Assembly (NCBI GenBank): GCA_030390025.1
Contig: JASTWF010000341.1
Coordinates: 248,001-312,000, forward strand
Length of the DNA: 64,000 nt
DNA from: Squalus acanthias
Taxonomy: Eukaryota
Direction: 5' to 3'
Part shown: in pieces, positions 24,365-36,015 of the stretch
How the letters are laid out: each line of letters opens with the position of its first letter
Numbering within the stretch: position 1 is the first letter of the stretch
The notes under the pieces: generated by a model
Told to the model about the DNA's origin: nothing
Database searches by the model: none
Seen by the model: the letters and a program-made list of their open reading frames with translations, nothing else
Program-made: the position numbers and the translations under genes

Positions 24365-25815
24365 AAAGACTCTCTCAAATGTGAAGGAAATGAAAGTCAG
24401 TCCTGCTTGGTAATGAACACCCTGATCAGTTACAGACTGGCCTGTGAGCAGGTTGTCTGCAGAGCCTCTTGATCAGACAACTGTGTGGGAAAATATAAAT
24501 TACAGAAGAAAAAAAAATGATTTTTTACTTGTTTTGTTTGTAAAACAACAAAAATCCCAAAATTTACTTGGTTTTACCATTTTTCAAATAATCTAATGGG
24601 TGTTACATTTGCCTACGGTTTCTAAACGAGGACTCAATTGCCTATTTCACAGTGTATTTATTTTCTTTGTTAAAATCACTGCAAAGTACGTGCTCAATCA
24701 GCAAAAAAGAAATTTAAAACATAATATATAGCCAAAGCCAATTCAGAGCAATCATTTTCCCATTTCATTAAAAAGTATTGGTACATAGAACTTGACTGGT
24801 GCCTGATATCTGGTAGTATAAGTGTCTCCACAAAAAGGTCATACCCAGGGTAAGCATGTAGTCATCACTCTGTTATCACTCCTAAACCTCTTTATCTTGG
24901 TTTCCTCTCTAAAGGACCAAATGTCAGCATGGGCAAGTACAGATGAAGCATCATTGTTCCAGATATTTAGGAGGGGGCAAGACTCACATTCTTTAGCACT
25001 GAAACTATAACAACCCTATTTAACTAGACTTCTGGGCACAGTAAGCATTAAACCTTTCACACACCTTCTTAGTGTGTGTGTGAATTTATGGCTTACACTG
25101 AACAACTCATGTATCAGACACCCTGGAACCTGCATCTGAGACAGCAGGACCCAGTGCACACTTCCTCTGCAGACCAATATTTTATTGTTAATTAAGTGAA
25201 ACTGTTTCCTTTTTATAAAAACCATGAAGTTCAAATTACACTTGTTTCAAAGCAAGAATTCTACCTATAGCGTGGCACAGCAGGACAATTTTACTTTGTC
25301 TCATATCTCAAGTATACACACACTGTATGTGGATACACACATGAAACTGTCTCATTCCAACTTGGCGGCTGATTAACAATGTTAGTTTCCATGATACTAA
25401 CATTTCTTTCACTTACTGAAGGCATTTAACTAGGTAAATGTGGGTTATAATTTTTTTTTAAGTAATTGACCTTACTTTTTGAAACTGATGAAGAACACTT
25501 CATCCGAAGGAGATCCAAAAGATTACAATGTCTTAAAAAATCCTGCTAAATTTTTTTAACTGAAAATGTATCCACCGACAACACCCAAAGTCTCCCCTCA
25601 CAACAATGCTTTGGAAGATGGAAGCTGTAAGATGCAATGATAAGTCCACCGCACACACTGCAACATAAAAACAGTTTCCATATAACTTCAAATAAAAACA
25701 GGATTAGAATGCCTGTAGATTTTATAAAGGCAACATTTGGATTTCTTGACCTGCACCACACAGAGTGCCTCATGGGAACTTGGAACGCTAAGTAGGTAGA
25801 GTGCTAAAAAATTAC

Positions 25816-25965
25816 CAAGCATAAAGTAACAGTCGCCAGGGTCTAGTGGCAATGCCAGCCCTGGTGTTGCAATGTCCCAGGCTATTTTTAGGCCGACATG
25901 CCATAGTGCTGGGTCTCTGCCCTCTATTGACTTCTTGTTGCTTTCAGCTGCGGCAGGTCCTAAAT
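25816..25965 (-). CDS. FTO: FTO coding exon, equivalent to human exon 4 (150 bp, phase 1-1)
   Basis: ctttctcctttacag|ATTTAGGA...TTTATGCTTG|gtaatt translates to (D)LGPAAAESNKKSIEGRDPALWHVGLKIAWDIATPGLALPLDPGDCYFML, against human [36 protein letters not shown]. In frame with both flanking exons. Confidence 0.96.
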
Positions 25966-27489
25966 CTGTAAAGGAGAAAGGGTAGGGGTTGAATAAAAAT
26001 GATTTATTATAATCACAGTAAGGTATATTATAATAAATCTGTCTCTCATAGAGACAGCCCCCATATTCAGAAGCAGATTATATAAAATAGACTAACGAAT
26101 TTATCATACGCAGTCAGTTCTTAAGTGATGAGGGATTTCATGCGTTGCAGAAACCCCTCATCAGAATGTCCGAGTGCCTGACAGACAAGCACAGTAATCT
26201 GTCAAGTGAGTTCAGTTGTGCTCAAAATGTAAAAAAAGGAAACATAATGAAAAGCCCCAATTGTTTTTGGGCTGCCACAGTCTTGGACACTCTGCTCCAG
26301 GCTGTTCGATCACAGAGTACACAAATGAGAAAACAAGATCTGCAGAAGACCCTGAGAAAAAAAAAATCAATACTAAAGCCTGTTGGGGATTTTGTTTAAA
26401 AACTCTGTTCATATAAATTGGAACTTAATTTCACAGTAGTACTTTAAAAAGCCTGCAAATAACATTGCTTTGAAGGCATTTTAACATAATGGAGCATAAC
26501 AAGTACAGCAAGAAACCTCTATGGGCTAACTGGATGTCTGTTTGACAGAATTTCCCTAACTTTTGGCAGACATTATCAACTGCAACACTGCTCTCAATAT
26601 GGCACCAATAAAATGTAGAACTACAATCAAAAGGAGTAATTTCAATCAAAGTTTCCTGGGGTTTCCTAATAAATCCAGCACCTTTGGAATGTGCTCGTTA
26701 AAATGAGTTATTTTTTGAGTTTTTAAAAAAAAGTTTTATTGCCAAAACCCAAAGTTCAAGCAGGACACGCAGGTTAGGCATTTAAAAGCTCCGATAATTA
26801 CTGGTAACAAACAAGCTAGATTATTATGATCACTGAATTTGAAGATAAAGTAAAACTAAAAGCCTATTCCTTTGATTAATTTGCATCTGTAATGTGACAT
26901 ACCGCCAGTCAAAGATTTGCTCTTAATGTTTGGGTTGCTTCTACAGAAACTAAAGAAAGCACATTACAAACAACGGTAGAAATTGAATGAAGTACTTCTG
27001 TTCAAAGCTAACCCCAGTAGTATCTTGAAAGCGAAGTATATGGTAATAAAATCAGCATGCAGCAACAGCTAGTTCATTTTTGACAAATCACCCCAATAGA
27101 GACGATGATGTCAATGACAATAAAAGCATTTATACGAGTGGAAATGTGCACCTGAGGGACTCGGCAATGAATTTTTTTTTGTTGCAGATTTTATATTCTT
27201 GGCATCCAACCAGTTAGTTAATTGCAATACACACAAGCACTTCATGCAAAAAAAGTACAGGGCAGCTTATGTAAACAAAATGGATTCCATAAAATACAGA
27301 AACATGTACGCCCACACGTGTCGATTTAACATTTCTACAGCGCTCTAAAACAATTAGCAAACAGTAAATCTAAATTGGTGTACAAGTTTGCAGGTGTGCA
27401 GCCTCTATGTGTGAAGAAAGCTTCAGGGGGTGGAAACATTAAAACAGCAAGTAGTAACCCTGTAATTCTCCATTCCTTTCCATACATAC

Positions 27490-28135
27490 CATCACAGCTG
27501 TAGCTATACACAGCAACCGTTGACCTTTCCACCAGGTTCTCATCATGATGCCAACTCACAGCCATCTTTCCCATTCCAAAGTAAGGTTCCTCTTTTAGGT
27601 ATTTCATTCTTAGAGGGTCCATGTAGTTCAACAGAGCCACATTATATGATGTTCTATCTTTTAACACTGCACAGACGTTGCTTTGTTTGTTGTGATAAGT
27701 TCCATCTTTCACACTTTCAGAGTCCTCAATCAGTGTAGAGGTTGCTGCCTTCTCCACAAATCCTATTTCTTTAACCTCAGCTGAACAATGATCCAACAAA
27801 ATCTTCATTGCTTCCACATGTAAGTATTCATTAAGATCTTTAATAGCTTGGCAGGCTTTACCTATTTCATCACTGCTGTACTTCACCTCAACACCATGGG
27901 AAGGCCAAGGTATTGCAAACAGCCTTGTGTCCAAGTAACGATATGTATAGCCTGGCTCTCCAACAAGTAGTCGATACACTGGTGTAAGCACATCTTTGCC
28001 TTTTATTTGAACAAGATCTTGAGCAAAACATTCATAGTCTCGCAGCGTTGTCAATCCTTGTTGGACATTTTGATGAATTTCCTGAGGTACACAGCTGGCT
28101 TGTCTCAAGTATAATTTGGGATATTTGGCCTTTGA
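27490..28135 (-). CDS. FTO: FTO coding exon, equivalent to human exon 3 (646 bp, phase 0-1), N-terminal AlkB-like catalytic domain
   Basis: Acceptor ctgtttag|TCA AAG GCC AAA TAT, donor GAT G|gtatgt. Translation SKAKYPKLYLRQAS...DLVQIKGKDVLTPVYRLLVGEPGYTYRYLDTRLFAIPWP...YNVALLNYMDP...YLKEEPYFGMGKMAVSWHHDENLVERSTVAVYSYSCD contains the HxD iron ligands (human H231/D233) and the R96, Y106 and N205 equivalents. Confidence 0.98.
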
Positions 28136-28689
28136 CTAAACAGAGCAGAGAACAGTTTTTTTCCAAACACTTTTATATTTAATACATATCTTCTAAAAGC
28201 TATTCAGTATGTTGCATGTGTCTCTAAATGTCAAAATTAAAAGGAAAGATTTAGTGCCCCAGCTTTGGCCTATGTATACACATTAATATATACTTAATAA
28301 AACATCAAAATCAGTATGAAATATGGAATACACTGTTTATTCAATGAGTGGGGTTCAAGCAACATCTCACTATGATAATACATGTCAGATTTACAGCAGG
28401 AGTATGGAGCGAATAAGCCGTTCCTATCGCAATATATCACTTCCATGTGTAATAACAGAGGTTTATTACACAGAAAATATCAAAATAACGAGTTGTATTA
28501 AAGTAATTTATCCCATGCCTACCGATACAATACAGCATTTATATAAAAAATGGATCTATCAGCTAACGTGTGAGCAAAAAAGCAATGCAGTACACAGTTC
28601 ATAGAAAGTACTGTCTAAAATCAACACTTTTAATGTGAAAAACAAATTGCTCATTTATATTGTGCAAGATGCACCACTGTTTTGGCGTA

Positions 28690-29200
28690 TTGCTAAGCTT
28701 TAATGTGCGTCCGTAAGGTATCTTACCACGCCATTCATAATGCCCCTTTCATTTTGTAAATCCCAACTTTGGTCATTACTTCTAGCAGAGCTCACTGGAA
28801 GCTAAGGCCTAGCAGGAGCACAGCTGGCTGGATTCTGCTGTACATATTACAAAGCAGGTCTCAGGTCAGGTTACCTGCGTTCACCTTCAGCATCCACGCA
28901 AACTGTTATTACACATGAAAGCGATACAATTTTATTGGCTTCTGAGACTCTTCAGACAATGGTTTGCTGGATTATTCAATCCTAAAGCTAACAGACAAGT
29001 GGTCCTTTGGCACAAGGGTTCTTCTCTCCTATGCTCCAAAATGAAGTGCCCCACCATTGTGTGATGCTCCATCTTGCAGCAGACAAGATCTAATGAAAAT
29101 CATTTCCAATGGGGTGTGCAAACCAGAATGACCAACAGTCCTGAGAATGAACTCACAGGTTAGTGGTTAGGAGGCAGGTGCTTTACTACTTGGGCTATTA
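28690..29200 (-). mobile_element. Old tRNA-derived SINE-like element in FTO intron 2
   Basis: Minus-strand head tagcccaagtagtaaagcacctgcc...gagttcattctcagg resembles A and B boxes. The body boundary is uncertain. Confidence 0.35.
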
Positions 29201-29454
29201 GGCTATAATCTTGATACATTGATGGATGCAATGCAGAAATCCTACCAGAACCCACAAGTTCCAGATTTAGTACATATTTTATATTCTCATTCATGATCAT
29301 ATTAAATTTGCTTTCATTAAAAATAGGGAATGATTTTTGATGTCACAAACTCGTATTCTGCCTGGGAATGGCTATTGGACAATGCTGGAATTATTTGCAG
29401 TAATTAAATGCCCTTTACAGTTTCAGAACCGATTAGTATGTAAAAAAGGTATAC

Positions 29455-29532
29455 CAGCTGTTCAAACTGCGCATCCTTGGGTGTTAAATATGGAAGCTTT
29501 CGGTCTTCAATTTCCTTTAGCAGCTTCTGTCT
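29455..29532 (-). CDS. FTO: FTO coding exon, equivalent to human exon 2 (78 bp, phase 0-0)
   Basis: Minus strand reads tctaacag|AGA CAG AAG CTG...CAG CTG|gtatac and translates to [26 protein letters not shown]. This matches human [26 protein letters not shown] at the same 26-codon length. Not in the ORF track. Confidence 0.95.
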
Positions 29533-31943
29533 CTGTTAGAAAAGCACATTATATAAGAAATTTATTTCAAACAAAAAGAGCACAAGCACACAGTGCATTA
29601 CTATAATTTTAATCACTCATTCTGCCACATTTCCCCCCCGTGTCCTTCAAAATGAAGTTTTATAAGTGATTTGACTCCTAGATTCTTCTCATAATGTAAT
29701 GATGCATTTACTATATTATATCTAAGGGCATTTAAAGTCACTTTTTACTGCTGATTTAAAAGCTTGGATTGTTTCAGGTATTTTTTCAGTTTTTATTTTT
29801 AGCACAAAAAAAGGAGAAAATCAAGGGGGGAAATTAGAGCCCAATATCCCAGAGTAATTTTTGGAGAAAATCAGTTAAAATCAGATTTTATTTTTAATAC
29901 TTAAAAAAATCAAAGTGACTAACAAGGCACAGTCAAGCTAACTGACAACCCATGACATATTTACACAGTGCACAGACCCTACTTATATGAGCCTCAATAG
30001 CAGTTCCAAAAGTAATGCAAATCTCCACGATCACAAAATACTGTCAAACAATTTTAGAAGGACAGCACATTTAGTACTTGTGAACGGACTGTGGGCTGCA
30101 AATGTTGACTGCTAAATGTAGTGCAGTGTCACCGTCGAATCGTAAAGCACAAATATTTTAAAGGTCTAACATGAAATATTAAATAGTTGATGCTAAAATT
30201 TCTATTTCGCAATATGTGCTATGAATGTTGTATTGTGATCATTGCATGAAATGTTTCCATTTTGTTTATAACATCACTATAGTCACTACCAAGGTGCCTC
30301 AATGTGCGTCCCGACATTACAGATTCAATGGGAGCACCACTTCAGATCTAATTTTTGGAATGAAAATAATGGGAAATTTCGGGGGGGGTTTCTGAAATTC
30401 ATGACAAAATCAGTTTTCCACCACCCAAAACAATCTGGGAATTTATCAGTGGTCATTAGTAAAATCTGATTTTAAAGATTCCACATTTTACCCCAATGAT
30501 GTACAAAATTAAGGTTTTACAAGTGATCTCATTCCTAGATTCTTTGCGTGATACATTTACTACATTATATCTAGTAAAGATTTTTATTATTTAATTTCAA
30601 GTGCATTTATGATTAAACCAATATTACTGCATGACCACAGATATATTTTTCCACGATTAAAAAAATGCCATCACTCTATGGATGTATAAAACATTTATTA
30701 CAAATGATGAAATTGTGAAAGAAAGGAATGAGATACACAGCCTAATGATCTCAGTAGAACACAATTTAATCTGCTTCTTAAATCAAGGTCTATTTGGTTG
30801 TCCTGGCTACCCAATTTCTGAAATTTGCCACAGGATCCATACAGGAGGCTAACATGACTGAGTGAGGCTAGTGAGGCCTGCTGAGTGTTTCCAGCATTTT
30901 CTGTTGTTATTTCAGATTTCCAGCATCCGCAGTATTTTGCTATTGTATTAGTGACCTTATAAGTTTATTTCCTGGCCATCATGGTTCCAGTTGTGGCAAC
31001 TTGGACGAAATGTAAATTTAAACACCTTGAAGCATACCTCTTGCAGAATTATGTTCCATAGAGTCATCATCAACCTAAAGTTTCAGTAAATAGTGTCTTA
31101 TTTGCAATCTATTACTTATGTAACAAATATCCTTCAGAATTACATTGGACTATGCAAATATCACATATGTGGATTAACCGATAGTTACTGAAGACTAGCA
31201 TAACAATCACTCCATCACTATGGAGTGTGCAGTATACTTGTGATTTTTATTTCTAAAATGTGCACTAATAAAAATGAAAATAGCTGGTATTGGAACTGTA
31301 TTTTTCTATGGCACACTGATACTGCAGATTACTGCCAAAAACAATTCAATCACATAATACAAATCAGTTTTTATTCTTCAGGATACAGAGCTTATCACCC
31401 CATTTTCAAACAAAAACAGTTCTATAATGGCTACATCATATTCTTTGCTGACTTTTATTTGGTGATATTTTAACTCCTCATTGAACTACTTTGTGTTTTG
31501 CTAAAAAAGGCTGTTTTATGGCAGAAGCAAATAGACCTGTATGTTGCCAATCTTAGTCTCACACATTTTAAACACAACTTTGAGAATAGCAGCCAAGTAT
31601 TTGAATTAAAATATATATTCTGTTTGTTATTTTCTAATGTTTGAAAAAAAATCCAGCAACAGTACAATCCACCAAAAATTTAAAGTAAGGTCATATAAAT
31701 GCCACTATACCATACTTCATCCTTCTTATAAAACTGAGGTTGGCTGCCATTTCAAAGAAGGTTTTTACTATAGTACATTCCTATTGTATTGAATATACTG
31801 CAAAATCCTCATATCTCATAAAATCTGAATTAAATGTCTGGCGTACCATAATGTTTCAGCTTATTTGTATTCCACTATACTTTTCATTTAATACAAATGA
31901 GAAAGGTCACATTTTGATATTTGGAAGAACAAAGTGCTTACAA

Positions 31944-32365
31944 GGGTGTCAGCCGTGGCTCAGTGGTAGCACTCTCGCCTCTGAGACAGATGATTGTGGG
32001 TTCAAGCCACACTCTAGAGACTTGAGCACATAATCTAGGCTGACACTTCAGTGCAGTACTGATGGAGTGCTGCACTGTCGGAGGTGCCATCTTTCGGATG
32101 AGATGTTGAACCGAGGCCCTGTCTGCCCTCTCAGAAGGATGTAAAAGATTCCACGCCACTATTCAAAGAAGAGCAGGGGAGTTCTCGGTGTCCTGACCAA
32201 CATTTATCCCTCAACCAGCACCTAAAAAAACAGATGACCTGGTCATTTTTTCCTTTGCTGTGCACAAAGTGGCTGCTGCGTTTCCGACATTACAACAGTG
32301 ACTACACCTCAAAAGTGCTTCATTGGCTGTAAAGCGCTTTGAGACGTCCTGAGGTTGTGAAAGTC
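31944..32365 (+). mobile_element. Full-length Deu-domain SINE with tRNA head
   Basis: A box TGGCTCAGTGG and B box GGTTCAAGCC, followed by the same body and tail as 2028-2400. Confidence 0.85.
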
Positions 32366-32509
32366 TTTCCATCTCTCTGCATTAGGCATTTTAAAGAGGA
32401 ACAAAAAACAAATCATTAGTGTGTGTGGCTTTTAAGGTTATTGACTATTAGGGTAAATTTTAAATTGTCCGTATAAGTGCTAGTGTTTTCCCACTCTGTT
32501 CATCCCTAG

Positions 32510-32880
32510 TTGATTTTTTTTCTTGCCCCATCTCTCCTGAAGGCTGTGGCCCATTCTTGGCATAATTCCATGACGGCTGTTAGTTTCTCAGTGGCCATTC
32601 TCCAAGAGTGAGCCGAGACTGTGAGCCATGCAGGCCACCATACCCAAACACAAGCCCGTCCACACCCAAACACCTCTGCAGTGCTTCCAGCTGGAGTCAC
32701 TGGATAGCAATCAGGAGTGGGAGCACTGAATGATTTATTTTTGTCCTTGGCCCAGGGATACAAAACTAAGTGTAGCATCCGCATCAAGGCCACCTTAACT
32801 CAGCACAGATCAGGAATCAAATCTGGGATCTTCCTATTCTGTGTGGTTCAGTGCTACAATAAGAAGTGCAATTAGTGAGA
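32510..32880 (-). mobile_element. Old tRNA-derived SINE, related to 59770-60030 (+)
   Basis: Minus strand cccagatttgattcctgatctgtgctgagtt...ctcctgattgctatccagtgact resembles ccatggtttgatttgtgttgagtt...cttctgatcattatccagtaatc near 59785-59910. Confidence 0.5.
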
Positions 32881-32976
32881 CAACTCTCTGCATCATTAAG
32901 ACCTCATAGAGTTTTCTGCTGGCCATATTTGTGCTACTGTGTGCAATTATGGGCCTCCTATCTTTAAAAGACTAAA

Positions 32977-33385
32977 GGGGGAAATTTAACCTCCCCTTAA
33001 TAGGAGTGAATATCCAAGCGGTACACTTACTGCTCATTTCCCACCCCATGGCCATTTTAACACCACTGTTTTCTTGGGTGGTTAGGCGCCTGCCTGACAC
33101 AAGCAGGAGCCTCATAAGTGCATGTAAATCAGGATCCTCTGATGTCATTAGGATCCTGATGCAATCGTAACTCCTACCCAACTGAGATTCTTGTCAAGTA
33201 AGTTTAAAACTTATTTATGCAAGTCCAGGAAAAGCAGGAGTGCTCCTCTGGGTCCCACAAAGAAAGTTTGGCCACTGCTGCCTTGGGCTTTTCCCTCCTT
33301 CCATCCTGCAAAACACACCCGTACCCCACCTGGTAACTTACCTAGATGCTGGCCTGGTAACCTTCGGGCTACCCGATCTTCGCAG
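32977..33385. mobile_element. Truncated Harbinger-type MITE (family A)
   Basis: aaa|gggggaaatttaac terminus as at 23621, with shared gtaagt...gcagga and cttacct motifs. Confidence 0.5.
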
Positions 33386-33399
33386 GCCACCAGCTGCCT

Positions 33400-34149
33400 C
33401 TGGACGCCTGTTTCGCACACGCCGTTTACCTTGCTGACAACTGCCCACAGACTTTTCGTGGGTTTGTCAGTGGAAATTTTCAGTAAGCCGACTTCTTTTC
33501 CAGCGCGGCGCCCTCTACAGGGGATATGTGGCATCTGTGAACAGGATGAGAAACAGTGAGGCTTTTCAACCAATCAGATTGAAATATCCTCACTGAGCCA
33601 TGCAGAGTCCAAATCAGGAAGTATAAAGCAGGAAATATAAATTAGATTTAAATGATGTACAGAAAGCAAAATAAAGATTGGGAAATACAGATGGGATTAA
33701 GGGAGAGAGATAAAAGAGACTGAAAAAGTTTAAAAAAAAATTTAATTAAAAAAAAAATCTCCTACACTAATTTTCTTCTGAGGGAAAAAGACTCCACACT
33801 TGTAAAATTAATTTTTCAGGGCTAGAGAGGCTATTCGGTAGTAATTATCATGCCGTAAAAAACTCACTTACTCCTGAATGCGCCAGCCCTAACTTTTTCA
33901 GCCATTTTTAGTGCGGAACTACTCGGCAAGTACCCCAAGTTCATGCCATTGCAGTCATTTCAATGTCGAGTCTATCGGCGAAGACTGCAATAGCGCACCC
34001 TGTGGAGGAGCGGGCTATCTCTGACAGCCACTTCTGCATTTCCACGTTTAACTGTGCATGTGTGTACTCCAGAAGTTGCTGTCAGATTGCCTCCATTTTA
34101 ACGGTGAGTACTGATAGCCTTACCGTTATTCTCATCGCAAATTCCAGGC
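33400..34149 (+). mobile_element. Harbinger-type MITE (family B)
   Basis: Ends gcaaattccaggcc. Homologous to 17266-22444 and, in reverse complement, to 34467-35228. The left boundary is approximate. Confidence 0.75.
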
Positions 34150-34466
34150 CATTCAGTTGGAGGAAGTTCTGGCTCATTTGCGACTTGATTTTGGATAGGT
34201 AGTCAGATAGCGAAGTCTGGAGTCAATGGTGATGGCAGAGATAAAGTAGGATAATAAGAGTATAGGCGTGGATGGGGAGGTAAAAAAAAGTCTCCACTGT
34301 TATCCTTTGTTGTTGAATAGTAATTGAAGACTGGAAATTCTCGTCAGGAAGTCTTAGTGTAATTATGTTTCTCTAGTTCTCTATTTATCAAAACTTAATA
34401 GGAACAGGCATAGGCCATTTAGCCCCTCAAGCCTGTTCCGCCATTCAGTGAGATCGATTCAATAAT

Positions 34467-35228
34467 GGACCAAATTTTGCGGTAAGAACAATGGTGAGGC
34501 CACAGCGCTCACCGTTATTAAGCAGTAAATCAGACAGCAACTTCTGGGTGTCCCCATATGCGCAGTTAAACGCGGAAATCAGGAATTTGCTGTCCGAGTT
34601 GCCCTGCTCCTCCAGAAGCTTTGCTAGAACAGTATCTCGCCAAGAGAGTCAGCATTCAAACACTTGAAAGGCATGAAGTTGCGGCACTTATCCACTAAAC
34701 ATGCCAGAAAAAGTTAGGGCTTCTCCATTCAAGTGAAACGCCATGATAAGTCTTAATTACTGCCAAACAACCTCTCTGTCACTGAAAATTTACTTTTAAA
34801 AGCGTGGAGTCTCAGTCCTTCAGATTTTAATTATTGTTGGAGATTTTAAAAAAATATGAAATATAAAATATATTTTTTAAACTTTTTCTTTGTCTCTTTT
34901 ATCTCTCTCTCTTAATCCCGTCTTTCTTTCCCTCTTTATTTTGCTTTCTGTACATGATTTTATATTGAATTAAATATTCTAACTTACACTTCCTGCTTTA
35001 GACTCTGCGTGGTTCAGTAAGGTATGTTCCATCTGATTGGTCAAGGAGACACACCATTGCTTGCCCTGTTAACACAGATCCCAGATCCCCTGTAGAGGGC
35101 GCCGCACTGTTTTGACTCTCCAATTATCACAAGTCGCAGTGCAAAAGCCCAATGAAAGTCTGTGGGCAAGTGCAAGTGTAATGAATGGCGAGCGCTGTTC
35201 ATTCGCTGCTGACTTCAAAATCCAAGCC
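34467..35228 (-). mobile_element. Harbinger-type MITE (family B), inverted relative to its neighbour
   Basis: TIRs ggaccaaattttg / ggcttggattttg with aat/att flanks. cccctgtagagggcgccgc (35086-35104) is the reverse complement of gcggcgccctctacagggg (33505-33523). Confidence 0.8.
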
Positions 35229-36015
35229 ATTAAGTCACACAGGTTAAATAACTAGATTAATCAGTTCTATAGTTTCATATGTCTATTCCCAGATCATGTT
35301 TACAACTATAACTTCCAGTCTTTGCTCTCTGGCTTCCCATTATCTACTAGTGGTTTTGAGGGAATACAAGGAAATAAACATAGTATAACTTCGGCTTGCC
35401 AACTAACTGATGAATGTTTACATATGTAGTAAGCAGACATTATAAAAGCTTTATCCTTGACAAAAACAACCTTCACTCAAGCCATTCGCCGATTCATCCC
35501 CAGTGAAAGATTCCAAACCCTCAGAAATCAAAGTGTCATAGCAACTAGAGCAGATCTAGAATATGCTAAAGTTAATGCCTCACAAATGTGCTGCATAAAA
35601 AAGTGACTGTATAACTCACTAACAGATTTGCAATTTTTACAATTTTTTAAAAACAAAGTTCCAGTAGTAAAATACTGCACTAAATGGATTCCAATGTTAG
35701 TGGCAACACTTTCGGTAACATCTTCATCTCTGGACAAAAAAGTACATTTGTGACTTCCTCACTTAACTCAGGCACGCTTATGAAATTGGTTTGTGTAAAT
35801 TATACTCACTCTGCACAACTATGATAATCATGGAGGCCAGTGCCTCAACAAGACCAAACCTCCATGGTAATAGTGTCAAACTATGTCTTTAACACTGAAT
35901 GAGAAACTTGGGTGAGGGCCGTGCAGTTTCTACCATCAGCAGCGCCAATTACTGGAGCTGAGAACAAACAAAACTTGACCACAACGAATTAGTGGACTTT
36001 CAGCCAAACAAATTG

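Noticed and set aside
26120-26170. Hammerhead ribozyme or C/D snoRNA (CTGATGA..GAAA)
   Set aside because: The would-be core boxes are sequestered in the stem, and no stem I/II/III topology or C/D box pair is evident.
27335-27489. In-frame extension of the FTO exon 3 ORF into intron 3 (GMYGKEW...FRAL*)
   Set aside because: FTO homology stops exactly at a G|gtatgt donor in the conserved phase, and about 50 open codons can occur by chance. There is no evidence for a truncated isoform.
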